NCBI GenBank assembly: GCA_051294905.1
Contig: CM119372.1
Span: 31,374,001-31,438,000, forward strand
DNA length: 64,000 bases
From: Botryllus schlosseri
Taxonomy: Eukaryota
Reading direction: 5' to 3'
Shown here: piece by piece, positions 26,650 through 38,527 of the stretch
How the letters are laid out: every line of letters begins with the position of its first letter
Position numbering within the stretch: the first letter of the stretch is position 1
Notes under the pieces: model-generated
Databases searched by the model: none
What the model saw: the letters and a program-made list of their open reading frames with translations, nothing else
Told to the model about the DNA's origin: nothing
Made by a program: the position numbers and the translations under genes

Positions 26650-27139
26650 AGGGGCACTGCGCTCTAAAAATGATGTGGTCTCAAATTGAAGGTAAAAACG
26701 AACTAAAATTTTTGGCCGCAGCCATTTCTTTCAGAACGCCACCGTAATGGAACTGCAATTTATTGAAATTTCTACAAGACCAGCTGCCGCGGCTGCTTAA
26801 CCCGTTACATGGCACGATATCTTCATCGTCGCACTTGCTCGACGCGATAAGGCAGTCACGCAGAGAACGAAACTTAGACACATTTCCTTTATAACATCGG
26901 CTGACAACTATCTAAAATTCGTTCTCTGCGTGACTGCCTATTCGCGTCGAGCAAGTGCGACGGTGAAGATATCATGCCATGTAACGGGTTAAGCAGCCGC
27001 GGCAGCTGGTCTTGTAGAAATTTCAATAAATTGCAGCTTCATTACGGTGGCGTTCTGAAGGAAATGGCTGCAGCCAAAAATTTTCGTTCGTTTTTACCTT
27101 CAATTTGAGACCACATCATTTTTAGAGCGCAGTGCCCCT
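26650..27139. mobile_element. Kolobok/T2-like hairpin MITE
   Basis: TTAA|AGGGGCACTGCGC ... GCGCAGTGCCCCT|TTAA; ~220-bp inverted arms; AGGRR terminus with TTAA target. Confidence 0.85.
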
Positions 27140-27174
27140 TTAAAGCGCCCCAGTAAATTGTAATCCGTGATTAG

Positions 27175-28053
27175 TAGGGCAATTTTTTTTTGACATGTCA
27201 AAAAAAGTCAAAATTAGGTCAAAATTGTAGCGTTAGATCAAAATTTGTCAAAATTGTTTACAAAGTCAAACATTTTTTGACCTCTGCATTTCGTTTGAAT
27301 CGTAGATTTTGCGATGTCGGTGAACTTATCATTTGATATTTTACAGCTTGTAGCCTACTTTATAGGCCTACCGTTGTAAACGGACCATCGTCTGCTCATT
27401 GTGAATCATAAATGGTCAAATGAAACAAATAGTGACATGGTTTTATGGTCAACGTACCGCAATATCCTAGTTGAAGCAAGACTGCTGGACATTGCGTGGT
27501 TCTTATATCAAGAAGCGCAAGCTGAAAAATTGTGATATAGACAACATTGTCAGAATGAAGCAACACGGTTTGTCACCAGCAGTGTGCACACAACTTGAGT
27601 GTTGTCAGCCAACAAATGCTGCTGTTGAACGTTCTTTCTCCGTTCTTGGCAAGCTACGTAGTAAGGACAGACACTTTCTACCCGAGAATGTAGGAAAGGA
27701 TCTTTCGTAGTACTACAACAAATATTAATTATTTCCACCAGAATACGTAATGTAACTACTGGAATTCTTCATAGAGCCAGATTTCGTTAAAATACTATTT
27801 TTTCATGTAAAAATCTGTCAGTTTTTGAGCCGAAAACGTTTTTTCAGGCCAATCTACTTTGTAAGGACAGACAGTTCCAACCAGAAATGAAGATAAGTAG
27901 TACAATTTTAACATTATATGCGAAAACACCTAATTTGCATACGTGAGGTCAAAATTTGGTCAAATTTCAGTTTTTTTAGGTCAAAAAAGGTCAAAATTTA
28001 GATTTTTTAGGTCAAAATCTTCCGTTTTTTAGGTCAAAAAAAAAATTGCCCTA
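27175..28053 (+). mobile_element. Internally deleted hAT transposon retaining a transposase C-terminal (dimerisation) remnant
   Basis: TIR TAGGGCAATTTTTTTTTGAC, 8-bp TSD GTGATTAG, subterminal GTCAAA repeats; ORF 27471-27710 has PTNAAVERSFSVLGKLRSKDRHFLPENV. Confidence 0.9.
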
Positions 28054-28955
28054 GTGATTAGTAATCAGACAATCGAAGCAACCTCGCTTACGACGTCGAT
28101 TCCGACATTCTTGCGCTGAGAAACACCATCTTCTCTATCGGCCAGACGAGCGAATTCACGTTCCCCTTCTCTGAATTAAATTGCATTTGCGCCCATATTC
28201 GTTTACAAAATAATTCTTGAGTTAGTTCCGTGATAGTTTCTTTAATTGAGGCTTGGAGCGCGAAATAGGACAGTGTGTTTGTGTAATTGTGTATGCCTGC
28301 GAATTAAAAGTCATTCCTGCGCAAAGTGCGCATATTAATTACTCTAACAAGGCTTTGCCAACTTTTATCATGAAATGCAACAATGCAGCTCAAACGTCGT
28401 TATGATGAGCAAACAATTATTGCGATGTCAGACCCCATTGTGCTCTACGCAAGTTGAGGAATTACAGTACTGATTAGATGCGCGCTTTCTCATTTGCTAT
28501 CTATCATCTGTAGGCTACTAATTCTTGTTTGCTTTATACACTCGTTTTCCCTTGGTGTCACTTTTCAGTGTTTGATTTGTTATTAATACTGCGCATTGTG
28601 CAGCGCACGGCGTTGAATTACGTTGTCAAATATTGATGCAACACTAGATTCTCGGTGGCCCAAATTCTGAATTTAATCGATTAGTTTGAGCGGGAACCTT
28701 CTATGTTCCAATAAACTTCATTGCTGGACGTACTCTATCGGGCGCAACCATATCGCCTATCGAATTTCAAACCTTTGGGTTATGTATTTATATTGATATG
28801 GTCGCGGCATGCGCCCATATTGCTCTTGCTGCAATAACACGAGGATAATTAAAAGCGCACCGTTTCACGATCAAATCCGACTGGCTGATCGGGGCCTACG
28901 TAGACCATATAGGCCCGGGCTGATATTATCCAGCGCGTTGTCGGCATTAAATCCC

Positions 28956-30770
28956 CAGGTGCGTAGCCAGGGAGTTTCTCATTTATAACTGGAAATCCTG
29001 TCCTTTTGAAATGCCAACTCACTAATTCGTATTATCGATGCTGCGTACTGCAAATTAGCGAGAATTATTTGTATGCGAAATGGGTCATCGATATCTCATG
29101 TGCACTATCGTCGGTGGTTTGATTTAGCGCGTTCGCATGCAGGCCTGCTACCATCCGCAGAAACTCTTCGCCCAACAGTAACAATCTCTGAGTGTAATAT
29201 TGTTTGTGTTTATGTAACTTTTTGATTAAATCTTATGCCCGAGTCTGAACAAATTGTGCTCTTTGCCATTGTCGATATGGGTATTTAGGTATGACTAGCG
29301 CACCCTGTTATTGTAATTATTGCAGGTTTGCGGCCTGTCTGCAGTTTCGTTATCAGCGCAACCTTGCCGGTCGATTGTACAGTCCGATAAAATTGATCAC
29401 TACTATGTATTTCGCGCAGCGTACTGATGCTGATTTTACCAAACTAACGATCCTTATTAGATGCACAAATTCGACCTCATCATCAGAAACGCAGATTTCA
29501 TCGCGCGCTCTGAGAAACACCATCTTCTATCGCGATTTGACGACCAAATATACGTTCACCTTCTACAAATTAAAGTGCAATATTTGCATCGATGAGGGCG
29601 GGAAGCCCCGTTTGAAATATTTTGTGAGCCATTTTTGTGATAAATATTTTCGTAGCGCAACGTTGAACAGTGATTTATTGTGTGTGCGAGTGTGCCTTTG
29701 CCTTATTCCAGTAACCATAATAATAATCCAATTATGCTTTGCGAACGTAAATCGGGAAATGCAGCAATGCAGTCAAAATCTAGGTTTTAATCAGCAACCA
29801 ATTGTCGCGATGAGAGCTCTCAATACTAAGTAAAACCCATTGTGTTGGCGGTAAGGGATAATTACTGATTGGCCGCGCGCGTTTGTAATCATAATTCTTG
29901 TCTGTCTTTCGTGTTCCAGAATTGTCGCGCTATAGAAATTAAACATGGAACGGCAACGACCGATTTTGCAGCTTCGTTCCGCTTCGCCGAGGCTGGAGTG
30001 GAGAGTGGTTTTGCGTATGCGACTGTAGGATTTCTGGCAATCCAAAATCTATCTTCCCGAGCACAGAAATTATTGAATATGGTCTTGATCGAAAGCCACT
30101 GTTGCACCGATTCCGAAAATATAAATTAAAATAATGATCAGGCACTGATCCACCTAGAATCCGTCCTCCAAGTCGAAATATCGGCATTGTTCGAACAATC
30201 GGAGTCGCAACGGGTCATTGTTATGGTCATTGTGTTGCGGTTACCCGATTGTTCTGAACAATGCCGATACTTCAGACTTGGAGGACAGATTCTAGGTGGA
30301 TCAGTGCCTGATCATTATTTAAATTTATATTTTCGGAATCGGTGCAACAGTAGCTTTCGATCAAGACCAGATTCAATAATTTCTGCGCTCGGGAAGACAG
30401 CTTTTGGATTGCCAGAAATCCTACAGTCGCTTACGCAAAACAATTCTCCTCTCCAGCCTCTGCGAAGCGGAACGAAGCTGCAAAATCGGTCGTTGCCGTT
30501 CCATGTTTAATTTCTACAGTCGCGCCGTGTTACTGCTCAGTTCAGCGACGAATGCCGAGCCCGCGCGGCAATCAATGACTTAATTCCGCAATCATCTCAG
30601 CGGGAGATCGCGTCGCATTAGATTGTGCGATATGCGTGCACAGACGAATCTCGCTAATTGGTTGCAGCCCCGCGTAACACTGATAATACGACTTGTTGAA
30701 TTGCAACTGAATATTAGCGTCAGAATGGCCATTTCAAAGGGTTTCGACACCCCTCCTGGCTCCGCGCCTG
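28956..30770. mobile_element. Probable relative of the 60665 element
   Basis: CAGGTGCGTAGCCAGG ... CCTGGCTCCGCGCCTG; 30545-30610 is the reverse complement of 61418-61480; TSD does not match. Confidence 0.5.
29931..30518. mobile_element. Second copy of the 7-bp-TSD foldback MITE
   Basis: Near-identical to 14063-14653; TSD GTCGCGC at 29924-29930 and 30519-30525. Confidence 0.85.
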
Positions 30771-31176
30771 CCGCCACCCCATGCAAAAATAAAAGTCGGC
30801 GCCTATGCTGGCAACGATCTTGGCTCTCCGAGGAAATATTTCATTATTCTACTTGAGTGGCATGAATGCTTTAGGTGGGTCCAGTGATAATGTTACTTTG
30901 TTGGTTCATTTTGTCATTTCCTGACCTCCGGTAAAAATCGTTACTACCGGTACTCAAAAGAAATTAGAATTGCTCACACGTAACAGACCAAATGAAAATA
31001 GTCGCATTTGTGCTGCGGGGCAAAGGTTGCAAGGACAGGATTATACAGAGCATATTGAGACATTAATTTTAAAGAAATACCTTCTGTCATATGAACAATT
31101 GAACATTCATCTGTGTGTGCAATTGCAGCGTTCTAGATTATCCAGCACTTGATTTATACCAACTTTCATTATTGTA

Positions 31177-32796
31177 TTGGACAGATTCTCCTGGGAATAT
31201 GTGAATGTGAACCGTGTTCAGAAAATAGTTGAAGATCATAATGATGAACTGTGTGCTTCAATTCTGAAACTGAAAGCTGAACAAAACCTTTGTGATGTCA
31301 CAATCAAGTGCAGGGATTTTGAAGTGAAGGCACATAAAATGATACTGGTGGCAAGCACAGAGTATTTCAAAGCAATGTTCCGAAATGACACTAAAGAATC
31401 TCAGAGTCAAATTGTTGACTTTTCTGCCATGGATCCCGATGTGGTGAGACAGATTGTTGATTTCATCTATACTGGATCTGTGTGGATTACGATGGATATA
31501 GCTCGAGGGCTTTTGGATGCTGCGGAAATGATACAATTACCTAAATTGTCTCAGCTTTGCGTGGAGTTTCTGGCCGAAAATGTTGATATGAAAAGCTGTG
31601 CTGAGGTCATGTCTCTAATCCGTCTGTATAAAAAGCAGAAATTGAATTTGGTCCTCCAGAATTTTCTTGAAAAACATTTTGAAGAATTTCGCAAAACCGC
31701 TGATTTTTTATCTCTAGACTATATTGGTCTTGTGGATTGCCTAGGATTTCTAAAGAAAGGCTGCGGTGCATTAGAAGAGCAAAAATGGTTTGGGATTCTG
31801 TCGTGGACTAAGGAACGACTTGAAAGAAAACAACATTTCAATACCCTCTTTAAGATGGTGGATCTTCACTGCCTATCCAATGAAGTTTTGAGTAAAAGTG
31901 TCTGTTGTCAAAATTTTGTCAGCGATTCGGTAGAGTGTTTGCGACTTGTCCAATATGTTTTACTTAATAAACCGAATCCTGTGAAAAAATTGGATCAAAT
32001 CAATGATGAGTGGAAAATGAGTGGAATTTTATCAGTCAACCCTCAGACCCGCATTGTCTACAAATACCACCTCGCAATGGAGAGTTGGACGAGGTTAACC
32101 AAATTGCCTATGACAGTGAACTCGCTGGATACTTGTTCCATTACAACGCATGAAGGTATTCTGTATGTTGGAAATGGCCAAAATTTGTGGATCTTTGAAA
32201 GGAATGAATGGCGCAAACTTTATTGCGGGAATTATGCACCAGCTTATAATGTCTGCTTTTATTTTCAAGGATTGGTAGTCATGGTATCTACTGCTGCTAC
32301 TGTGATATTCAACATATATAGCGGTAAAGTGTCGTATGTACTTGGTGTGTGTAATTATTCGGGTTTTTTTATCGCAAAATCTACGACGGATCTTTATGTC
32401 ATGGGTGGAATTAACGGGCAAAAATATTCACATCGTGTGCAAATGCTTCGGCTATCACCTACAGTCGGTCGGTTCTCTTCTTTTCCATCGCTAACAAAAG
32501 CCCGCGCTCGGGGACAAGGTATGTGGTATGAAAACACTCTCTATGCATTGGGTGGGGGGCTAGAAAATCCTGAGTTTTTCAACAACATCACTGAGCAATG
32601 GCAATTGATTGCGAATCTCAAAATAAACTGTTACATGATGAAAACCCACATTGAAAATAACAAACTGTACATTTTCAGCATGAATTCGAATTTATCTATG
32701 AGGACCATTGACCTTATTGACCTGCATTTGTCAGAGGCAGATAAAAAGCCAAATTCAAGAAATGTTGGAGATATGGTCATTTCCTGTGTGTATTAA
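31177..32796 (+). CDS. BTB-BACK-Kelch (kelch-like, KLHL family) protein; one long coding exon
   Basis: BTB motifs (LCDVTIKC..EVKAHKMILVASTEYFKAMF, IVDFIYTG, LLDAAEMIQL..L...CVEFL), BACK-like region (F....DFLSL, ILSW....LER), degenerate kelch blades (LYVGNG, LYVMGG, LYALGG). ORF starts at TTG; an acceptor AG at 31183-31184 suggests the real start is in an upstream exon. Confidence 0.9.
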   Translation: MDRFSWEYVNVNRVQKIVEDHNDELCASILKLKAEQNLCDVTIKCRDFEVKAHKMILVASTEYFKAMFRNDTKESQSQIVDFSAMDPDVVRQIVDFIYTGSVWITMDIARGLLDAAEMIQLPKLSQLCVEFLAENVDMKSCAEVMSLIRLYKKQKLNLVLQNFLEKHFEEFRKTADFLSLDYIGLVDCLGFLKKGCGALEEQKWFGILSWTKERLERKQHFNTLFKMVDLHCLSNEVLSKSVCCQNFVSDSVECLRLVQYVLLNKPNPVKKLDQINDEWKMSGILSVNPQTRIVYKYHLAMESWTRLTKLPMTVNSLDTCSITTHEGILYVGNGQNLWIFERNEWRKLYCGNYAPAYNVCFYFQGLVVMVSTAATVIFNIYSGKVSYVLGVCNYSGFFIAKSTTDLYVMGGINGQKYSHRVQMLRLSPTVGRFSSFPSLTKARARGQGMWYENTLYALGGGLENPEFFNNITEQWQLIANLKINCYMMKTHIENNKLYIFSMNSNLSMRTIDLIDLHLSEADKKPNSRNVGDMVISCVY

Positions 32797-32904
32797 TGCA
32801 TTTTATGTTTGTTGCTTGTTTTTTACGTGTTGATGTCATTATGGGGTGCGTTTGTAATTTAATTTGTTTCGAGCTATTTGCAAATCTTAATACATGCATC
32901 ATTC

Positions 32905-32910
32905 AATAAA
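32905..32910 (+). promoter_or_regulatory. Polyadenylation signal of the kelch-like gene
   Basis: AATAAA ~110 nt after the TAA stop, following a U-rich 3'UTR. Confidence 0.55.
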
Positions 32911-32924
32911 TGATTGTAGCCACT

Positions 32925-33140
32925 CGAGCGAGATAGTGTAATGGTTATGCGTCCGGCTTCTCGAGCGGTAGGACGTGGGTTCGATCCCCGGCCGGGTCAT
33001 ACCAAAGACTCGAAAATTGGTATCCGCAGCTATCCTGCTAGGCGCTCAGCAATCACGGATAGCATGGAGGAGAAAAAAAAACGGGGGCGCAGACTAGATG
33101 ACCTCATGGAGCCGTATCGCAACTCCGACGTCAAAGCATC
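32925..33140 (+). mobile_element. tRNA-derived SINE, possibly with a Meta-type central domain
   Basis: TAGTGTAATGG (A box), GGTTCGATCCCC (B box), then GGTCATACCAAAGACT..AAAATTGGTA...GGCGCTCAGCA. Confidence 0.75.
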
Positions 33141-33679
33141 TCGATGGTGCAGGCGAAAAAGAATATCATCTCTCTCTCTCTCTCTCTCACTCGAGTATTC
33201 ATCCAACATTCTAAGGGGCTAAGCTACTCCGGAAAATGAAAAAAAATCAATTTTTTTTTGTTGTTGATATTTATTGTACTAGATGACAGTACAAGTCTTA
33301 TAATGATAGAATTCACCGAAGTGTCACAAATTGAAATTTTCATGAGCCTATGTAGTCACACCCCCCCCTCCCCCAATAATTATGAACTCAGCTACAACCA
33401 CCGACAATATTTGAGTTCTTGGTCCCTACGCTCGTCGCTGCCGATCTGCATAATATTGAGGATATCTATGGTGTAATAAATGATGTGTTACAATAGATCA
33501 AAACAAGCAGTATGCCGGAAATGGCGGTCAAGCACTTTGCAGCTGGGGATTGGTATAGTGACTGTTTTTTGTCGATCTAATGTGACAAAGAGGACTAGTA
33601 GAGGTCGGATTAGAGTATCATATCTATGACAGTGTCATTCCATGGGTCCTGGCATTTGAAAACCCATGCAACTAAGCAC

Positions 33680-34230
33680 TAGGGGTCTTCAAAAATGACT
33701 TCTCTCAAATCGTACTGGCTACTTGATAAAATTGTTAGGTTACCTAATTTAAGCCTACACACCAAATTTGGTTCAATTCGAACCAGTAGCCGCATTGCTA
33801 CAGGAGAAGAAAGTTTCTATTTATTATATAAATATAGGCCTATATAACAAAATATTTGAAAATTTTCTGTTCACCCCATGAAAGTGTTAGGTTTTCTATA
33901 GAAACGATGTTCACCAAATTTGGTTCAATTCCAACCAGTGGAAGCGGAGTTATTGCCGTCGAAAAATTTGGATTTGAATAAAATAGTATTTACGGTGGGC
34001 ACACTTATAATAAATAATTGAAGAATTAGTCACCGTAAATACTATTATATTGATAATTCAAATTTTTCGTTATTTATTTTTATATAATAGAAACTTTCTT
34101 CTCCTGTAGCAATGCGGCTACTGGTTGGAATTGAACCAAATTTGGTGCGTAGGCTTAAATTAGGTAACCTAACAATTTTATCAAGCAGCCAGGACGATTT
34201 GAGAAAAAAAGTCATTTTTAAAGACCCCTA
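33680..34230. mobile_element. Palindromic hAT MITE (TAGGGGTCTT termini), one arm partly deleted
   Basis: TSD CTAAGCAC on both sides; long inverted arms. Confidence 0.9.
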
Positions 34231-36519
34231 CTAAGCACGGCATTGGATTTTGTTCGAGCCATTTACCGTAATATTGTCGACTATTGAGCTACTACTACAA
34301 ATCGTGGGAAAAATGATTTCAAAGAATAGAAATCGACTCATTCAGGACTGTGTGAGTATGGACGGGGATATCAAAAGCAGAAAACTCGGCAATGCAGGAG
34401 GGGAACATAGCATCCTGGCCCTTTTTCGACTATAAACTGTGTTAAATTTTGGATTTTGAGAGTAATAATGTGAATTGTACATGTTACGAAATTGAAGTGG
34501 CTTTTCCTCGAAACATTATTTTTCCATACCTTGAAAGTTTGAAATCATTTTTGTGGCAGAAAAAAACGTCCAATCAACGTGACAATTAGAAGTCCTAAGT
34601 GTCTTGGGATGCTTGGGACATTAAAAAAGTTTATCTTCTTGTTTGGGTAAGGGGTCCCTCCCTTCAGGTTCACCGAAGTCAAAAATTTACAATTTTTTTA
34701 AAAATTTTTGAAACAAAAACATTTTTCCGGAAATTAGCCCTTATTATGATAAAAAAAAACTTTTGACTGCCTTATTTGAAGTAATAGGAATCTATAAAAA
34801 TCGATGTGAAGAAATTTCACTGAAAATTTTGCCACAATGACTTTTGCCAAAATTTCTTTCATAGATACCGGAAAAAGTGTAAATGTCAAAAACTAGTCGG
34901 CCATTTCATACCAAATTTCAACCAACGTTAGAATATGCACTGATGCACATTGTGTGCAAATTTCAGAAAGATTTCCTAGTATTAAAGTTATAGGTGTATG
35001 ATTGATTTTATAATTCGAGGTTGTAGCTTGGCCACGATTGTACCTTGCCATTTCATTGAACAGCGCTACGAAATAGCTTATACCATAAATAATACTTCGC
35101 AAATTATGAAATCCCAATTAGGCCGTGTGACTAGAAAATGGAATCCGCCGGTATGGAACCACCGAAATGACCAGAAGAACCTGATCTGATGATCGCCTGT
35201 GCGCTGGTTGACACCACCACATGTTTTCCAACACGTTCTGATACTTTTTCAGATCACCCTCACCAGCGAATTCTCTGTTTCTTTGTTTATTTTGCAGGCC
35301 TACATTCCATACATTTCTCATATTGTGTTTATTTTTCTTTATTCTGCAATATGCTTTTATTTATGTTCTAGCGTCGACCTGGGCATTGTGCGTTCGCGGA
35401 AAGTTCCATGGAATTGGAACTAAAAAATCCATTTATTAATGTTCATGTGTGGACAAAAACTACTACGTATTGAAGCGACAGCTCCGTCTATTGCAAGCGA
35501 TCTTGGTAACTGCGCCCAAAACTACAGCACCACCCCACAAATAAATTACATTTATATTTGTTTTGCCACGTTGCTAAAAAGTTCGCTAATACGAAAATTG
35601 GTTGTCGTTATTTCGTTGGTAGCTAATTCATACTGTGAGGCTTGCCAAGCATAAATTCATGTGAATAATTCTTTAAAGGCGTCTTAATTATCGCGCAGAT
35701 CATCTGGAAGTGACATTACGGTAAACCATGATTCGGGTCAGTCTGGGAGGCATAGGCATCAGAGTTGGATCAATTGTAATTTGTAATGTAATTGAATGTA
35801 ATTAATTACATATTTCAATGTAATTGTAATGTAATTGTAATTGAAGCATTTTTATTTTGTGTAATTGTAATTGTAATTTGACAAAAATTTTGCTCAATTA
35901 CAATTTCAATTACATTAAATTGCTATTGAGACCTGACAAGCACAACATAAAATAATTGACTTATAATGCATTCTCTTTAAATGTCGACAAGGAATTTGGT
36001 GGATCCATTCGCGGAGGCCCTTGACTGCGCCCTTGCGGGCGAAGTTTTTTATTTTTACCGCTATGCTGGCCTCGGCTGCTATTGTATACAATTATTAGAT
36101 TACTAACCAACGGATGGATTCGCAACACGTGACTCACGATTGAATACGCCGAGAAGCGAACTGCTGAGCCGGCTACAAGCAGCAGAATTGATAGTCCCAT
36201 AGCTGGCGATCCAAGCGTCGAAATTTGATATGTATGGTCCCAATCGAAAGCTAGTGTCGCACTTATTCCACAATAAAAGTATATTTCCAGGCAATGGTAC
36301 CATCCCAAAATAGTCGTGAAAGTCTGGGAATCGGCATTGTTCTGAACAATCGCTGGGAGTAATTGGTCATTGTTGTGGTCATGCTGCTGCGGCGCTCTCA
36401 CTTTTCAGAACAGTCGGCCTTAAACGGCTATTTTGGAGCAGTTACATTGCCCTGACGAGATTTTAATTTTAATTTTCGGAATTAGTGCACGATAGCTTAC
36501 GGGTAATTCCAGCCCAAAT

Positions 36520-38527
36520 CAGACATGGGGTAATCGCGATTAGTAATCGTAATCGATTACGACGATTACAGCATTTTCAAGTAATCGTAATCGCAATCGA
36601 TTACATTCGAAAAAAATCCGAAGTAATCGTAATCGTAATCGACTACTTCACATATCTAATCGATTTCTTTGTGAAAGAACGATTACTTTTTATTTGTATA
36701 CAAGGACTATGATATAAACTGGACATTAGTTAGTAAGGAAGAGATGTTATCCCTGGTTTATTGATTTGATTTTCAAACGCCACTGCTCATTATTACGTCA
36801 GAAGTCCTAGCGTTGCTCGTCATTGCGTAACAAGCATCCACACATAGATATTCGATGTACAATTGTATTGTACACGTACGTAGTAGCGTGATTGTAAGAA
36901 AACCCGCCATGCAGACGCCACTTCTCGCAGCAGGAAAATCATCACCACTCAGTCTCATTTCCAATAGTAACTTATATGTTTGGTTATGCTTATAGTTAAA
37001 CGTAGTTTGACCGTTGTTGCTTGGCGAGCAGCAGTAGGCCTGTACGTACGTACACCGGACAAAGATGAAAATTTTTGTATTCGTCAAATGAAACATTACG
37101 ATTTTCACAATGAAGCATTAGAAAAACTAACAGCTGCTATATCATAACCGAGCCGTTCATTGCCTTTTCTCGTAATGGCAGCATCTGTGTTAAGTGGAAG
37201 GCAGAATTTTATGTTTACTTTATCTTTTTCTCATATGACTCATCGGGCCCCAATCGTTTTATCGCGATCCCTTACTTGATATTTGGACCTACCACCATAG
37301 CCATCCACTTATACATCACGTTAGCGTGGATTGTAGCTAGATTCAGGACCAAAACCTCAGCTATTTATCTCACACTTCAAACGTTGGTGATCAATTTTCA
37401 GGTTGGTGACTGAATTCCGTCACTAATATTGGTGATTGCAATATATTACTGTCGGGGCCTACGATATTCGCGTATCGTAGGCCCCGTTACTATTCATTTT
37501 TAATCCTCTACCAGCCCCCGATGTTCAGATTTACCGGTACGGCTGGGAGCACGTAATTCTCAATTATTTATGACATCTGATATGTTGCTATAATTACTTT
37601 TTTATGGTATGTTAATTCGTGACCTCCGTCTGTTATATAATATCAAAAAATGTAGTCGCCAAAATGTAGCATACTAAAACTTTCGTGAAACTCACACACA
37701 AATCATCATGCCTTCATTCCTCGGTGGGTGCCCCCGGTGGCATTTGTAATGTGGGGCTCAGATTGGTCTGGCAGGACTATTCGTCACGCCCGTCCATCGC
37801 GGCTATTTACAATGAACACTTACTCGAAGTTTCGGCCTAGGTCTTTTTATGGTTGCACACTTCGTGGAGTCGCATGTTGACTGAGCCTGCTTCTGTATTT
37901 TGGTGTGTCGTGGCGCGGCAATGACCGGCACCGAAATGCGAAATGTCTATGTCTATATTGTATTAGGCCTGTCTTTTTTATGGGAGGACGTAGGCCCTTA
38001 TGCATTTGAAAATCAAGTTATATAGATACATTAAATCACGAGGCTCGGAGAAAATTTTCAAGTTAATTATATCTCTCAAAAATAGTAATTTATGTTGATT
38101 TACGAAATACTTTTGAGTCGCCTACGAGCTAGCCCCGCAACCTATTGGGGAGTTTGGGGTGCGGCAGTTACGGACATGGCAAGAATGCAAATCGGTGGGT
38201 GCGATAAATCGTCCTCTATAAAGTTGGGCAATGGGTAAATTATGACGCAACATGCAAATGACGCATCATTTATAAAGAAAGTTGTTATCTCATTAGGCCT
38301 TTTCATCACAATCCATATATTGACTTTCAATATAGCTTCTAAGAGTAGTTTCAAGAAGCAAACTAAATGTAATCGTGAGTAATCGTGATTACTTTGCAAA
38401 TGTAATCGTAATCGTAATCGACTACTCGCTGATTTTGCTGTAATCGTAATCGTAATCGTAATCGCGTGATTGAGAAGTAATCGTAATCGCAATCGATTAC
38501 ATTCATGAAGTAATCACCCCATGTCTG
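36520..38527 (+). mobile_element. Non-autonomous hAT element with (GTAATC)n arrays, copy 2
   Basis: CAGACATGGGG ... CCCCATGTCTG; TSD GCCCAAAT; colinear with the 19469 copy. Confidence 0.9.

Noticed and set aside
29291..29833. 180-aa ORF
   Set aside because: Lies in a repeat whose other copies have stops and frameshifts; no recognisable motif.
14063..30518. Mirror-like order of repeats suggesting one giant inverted duplication
   Set aside because: The paired elements have different TSDs and flanks, the two hairpin spacers are in the same orientation, and divergence differs between pairs; these are independent insertions.
32925..33000. Functional tRNA gene (also 185-220, 12305-12370, 44148-44215)
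   Set aside because: A/B boxes are present but there is no proper cloverleaf or terminator; these are SINE heads.
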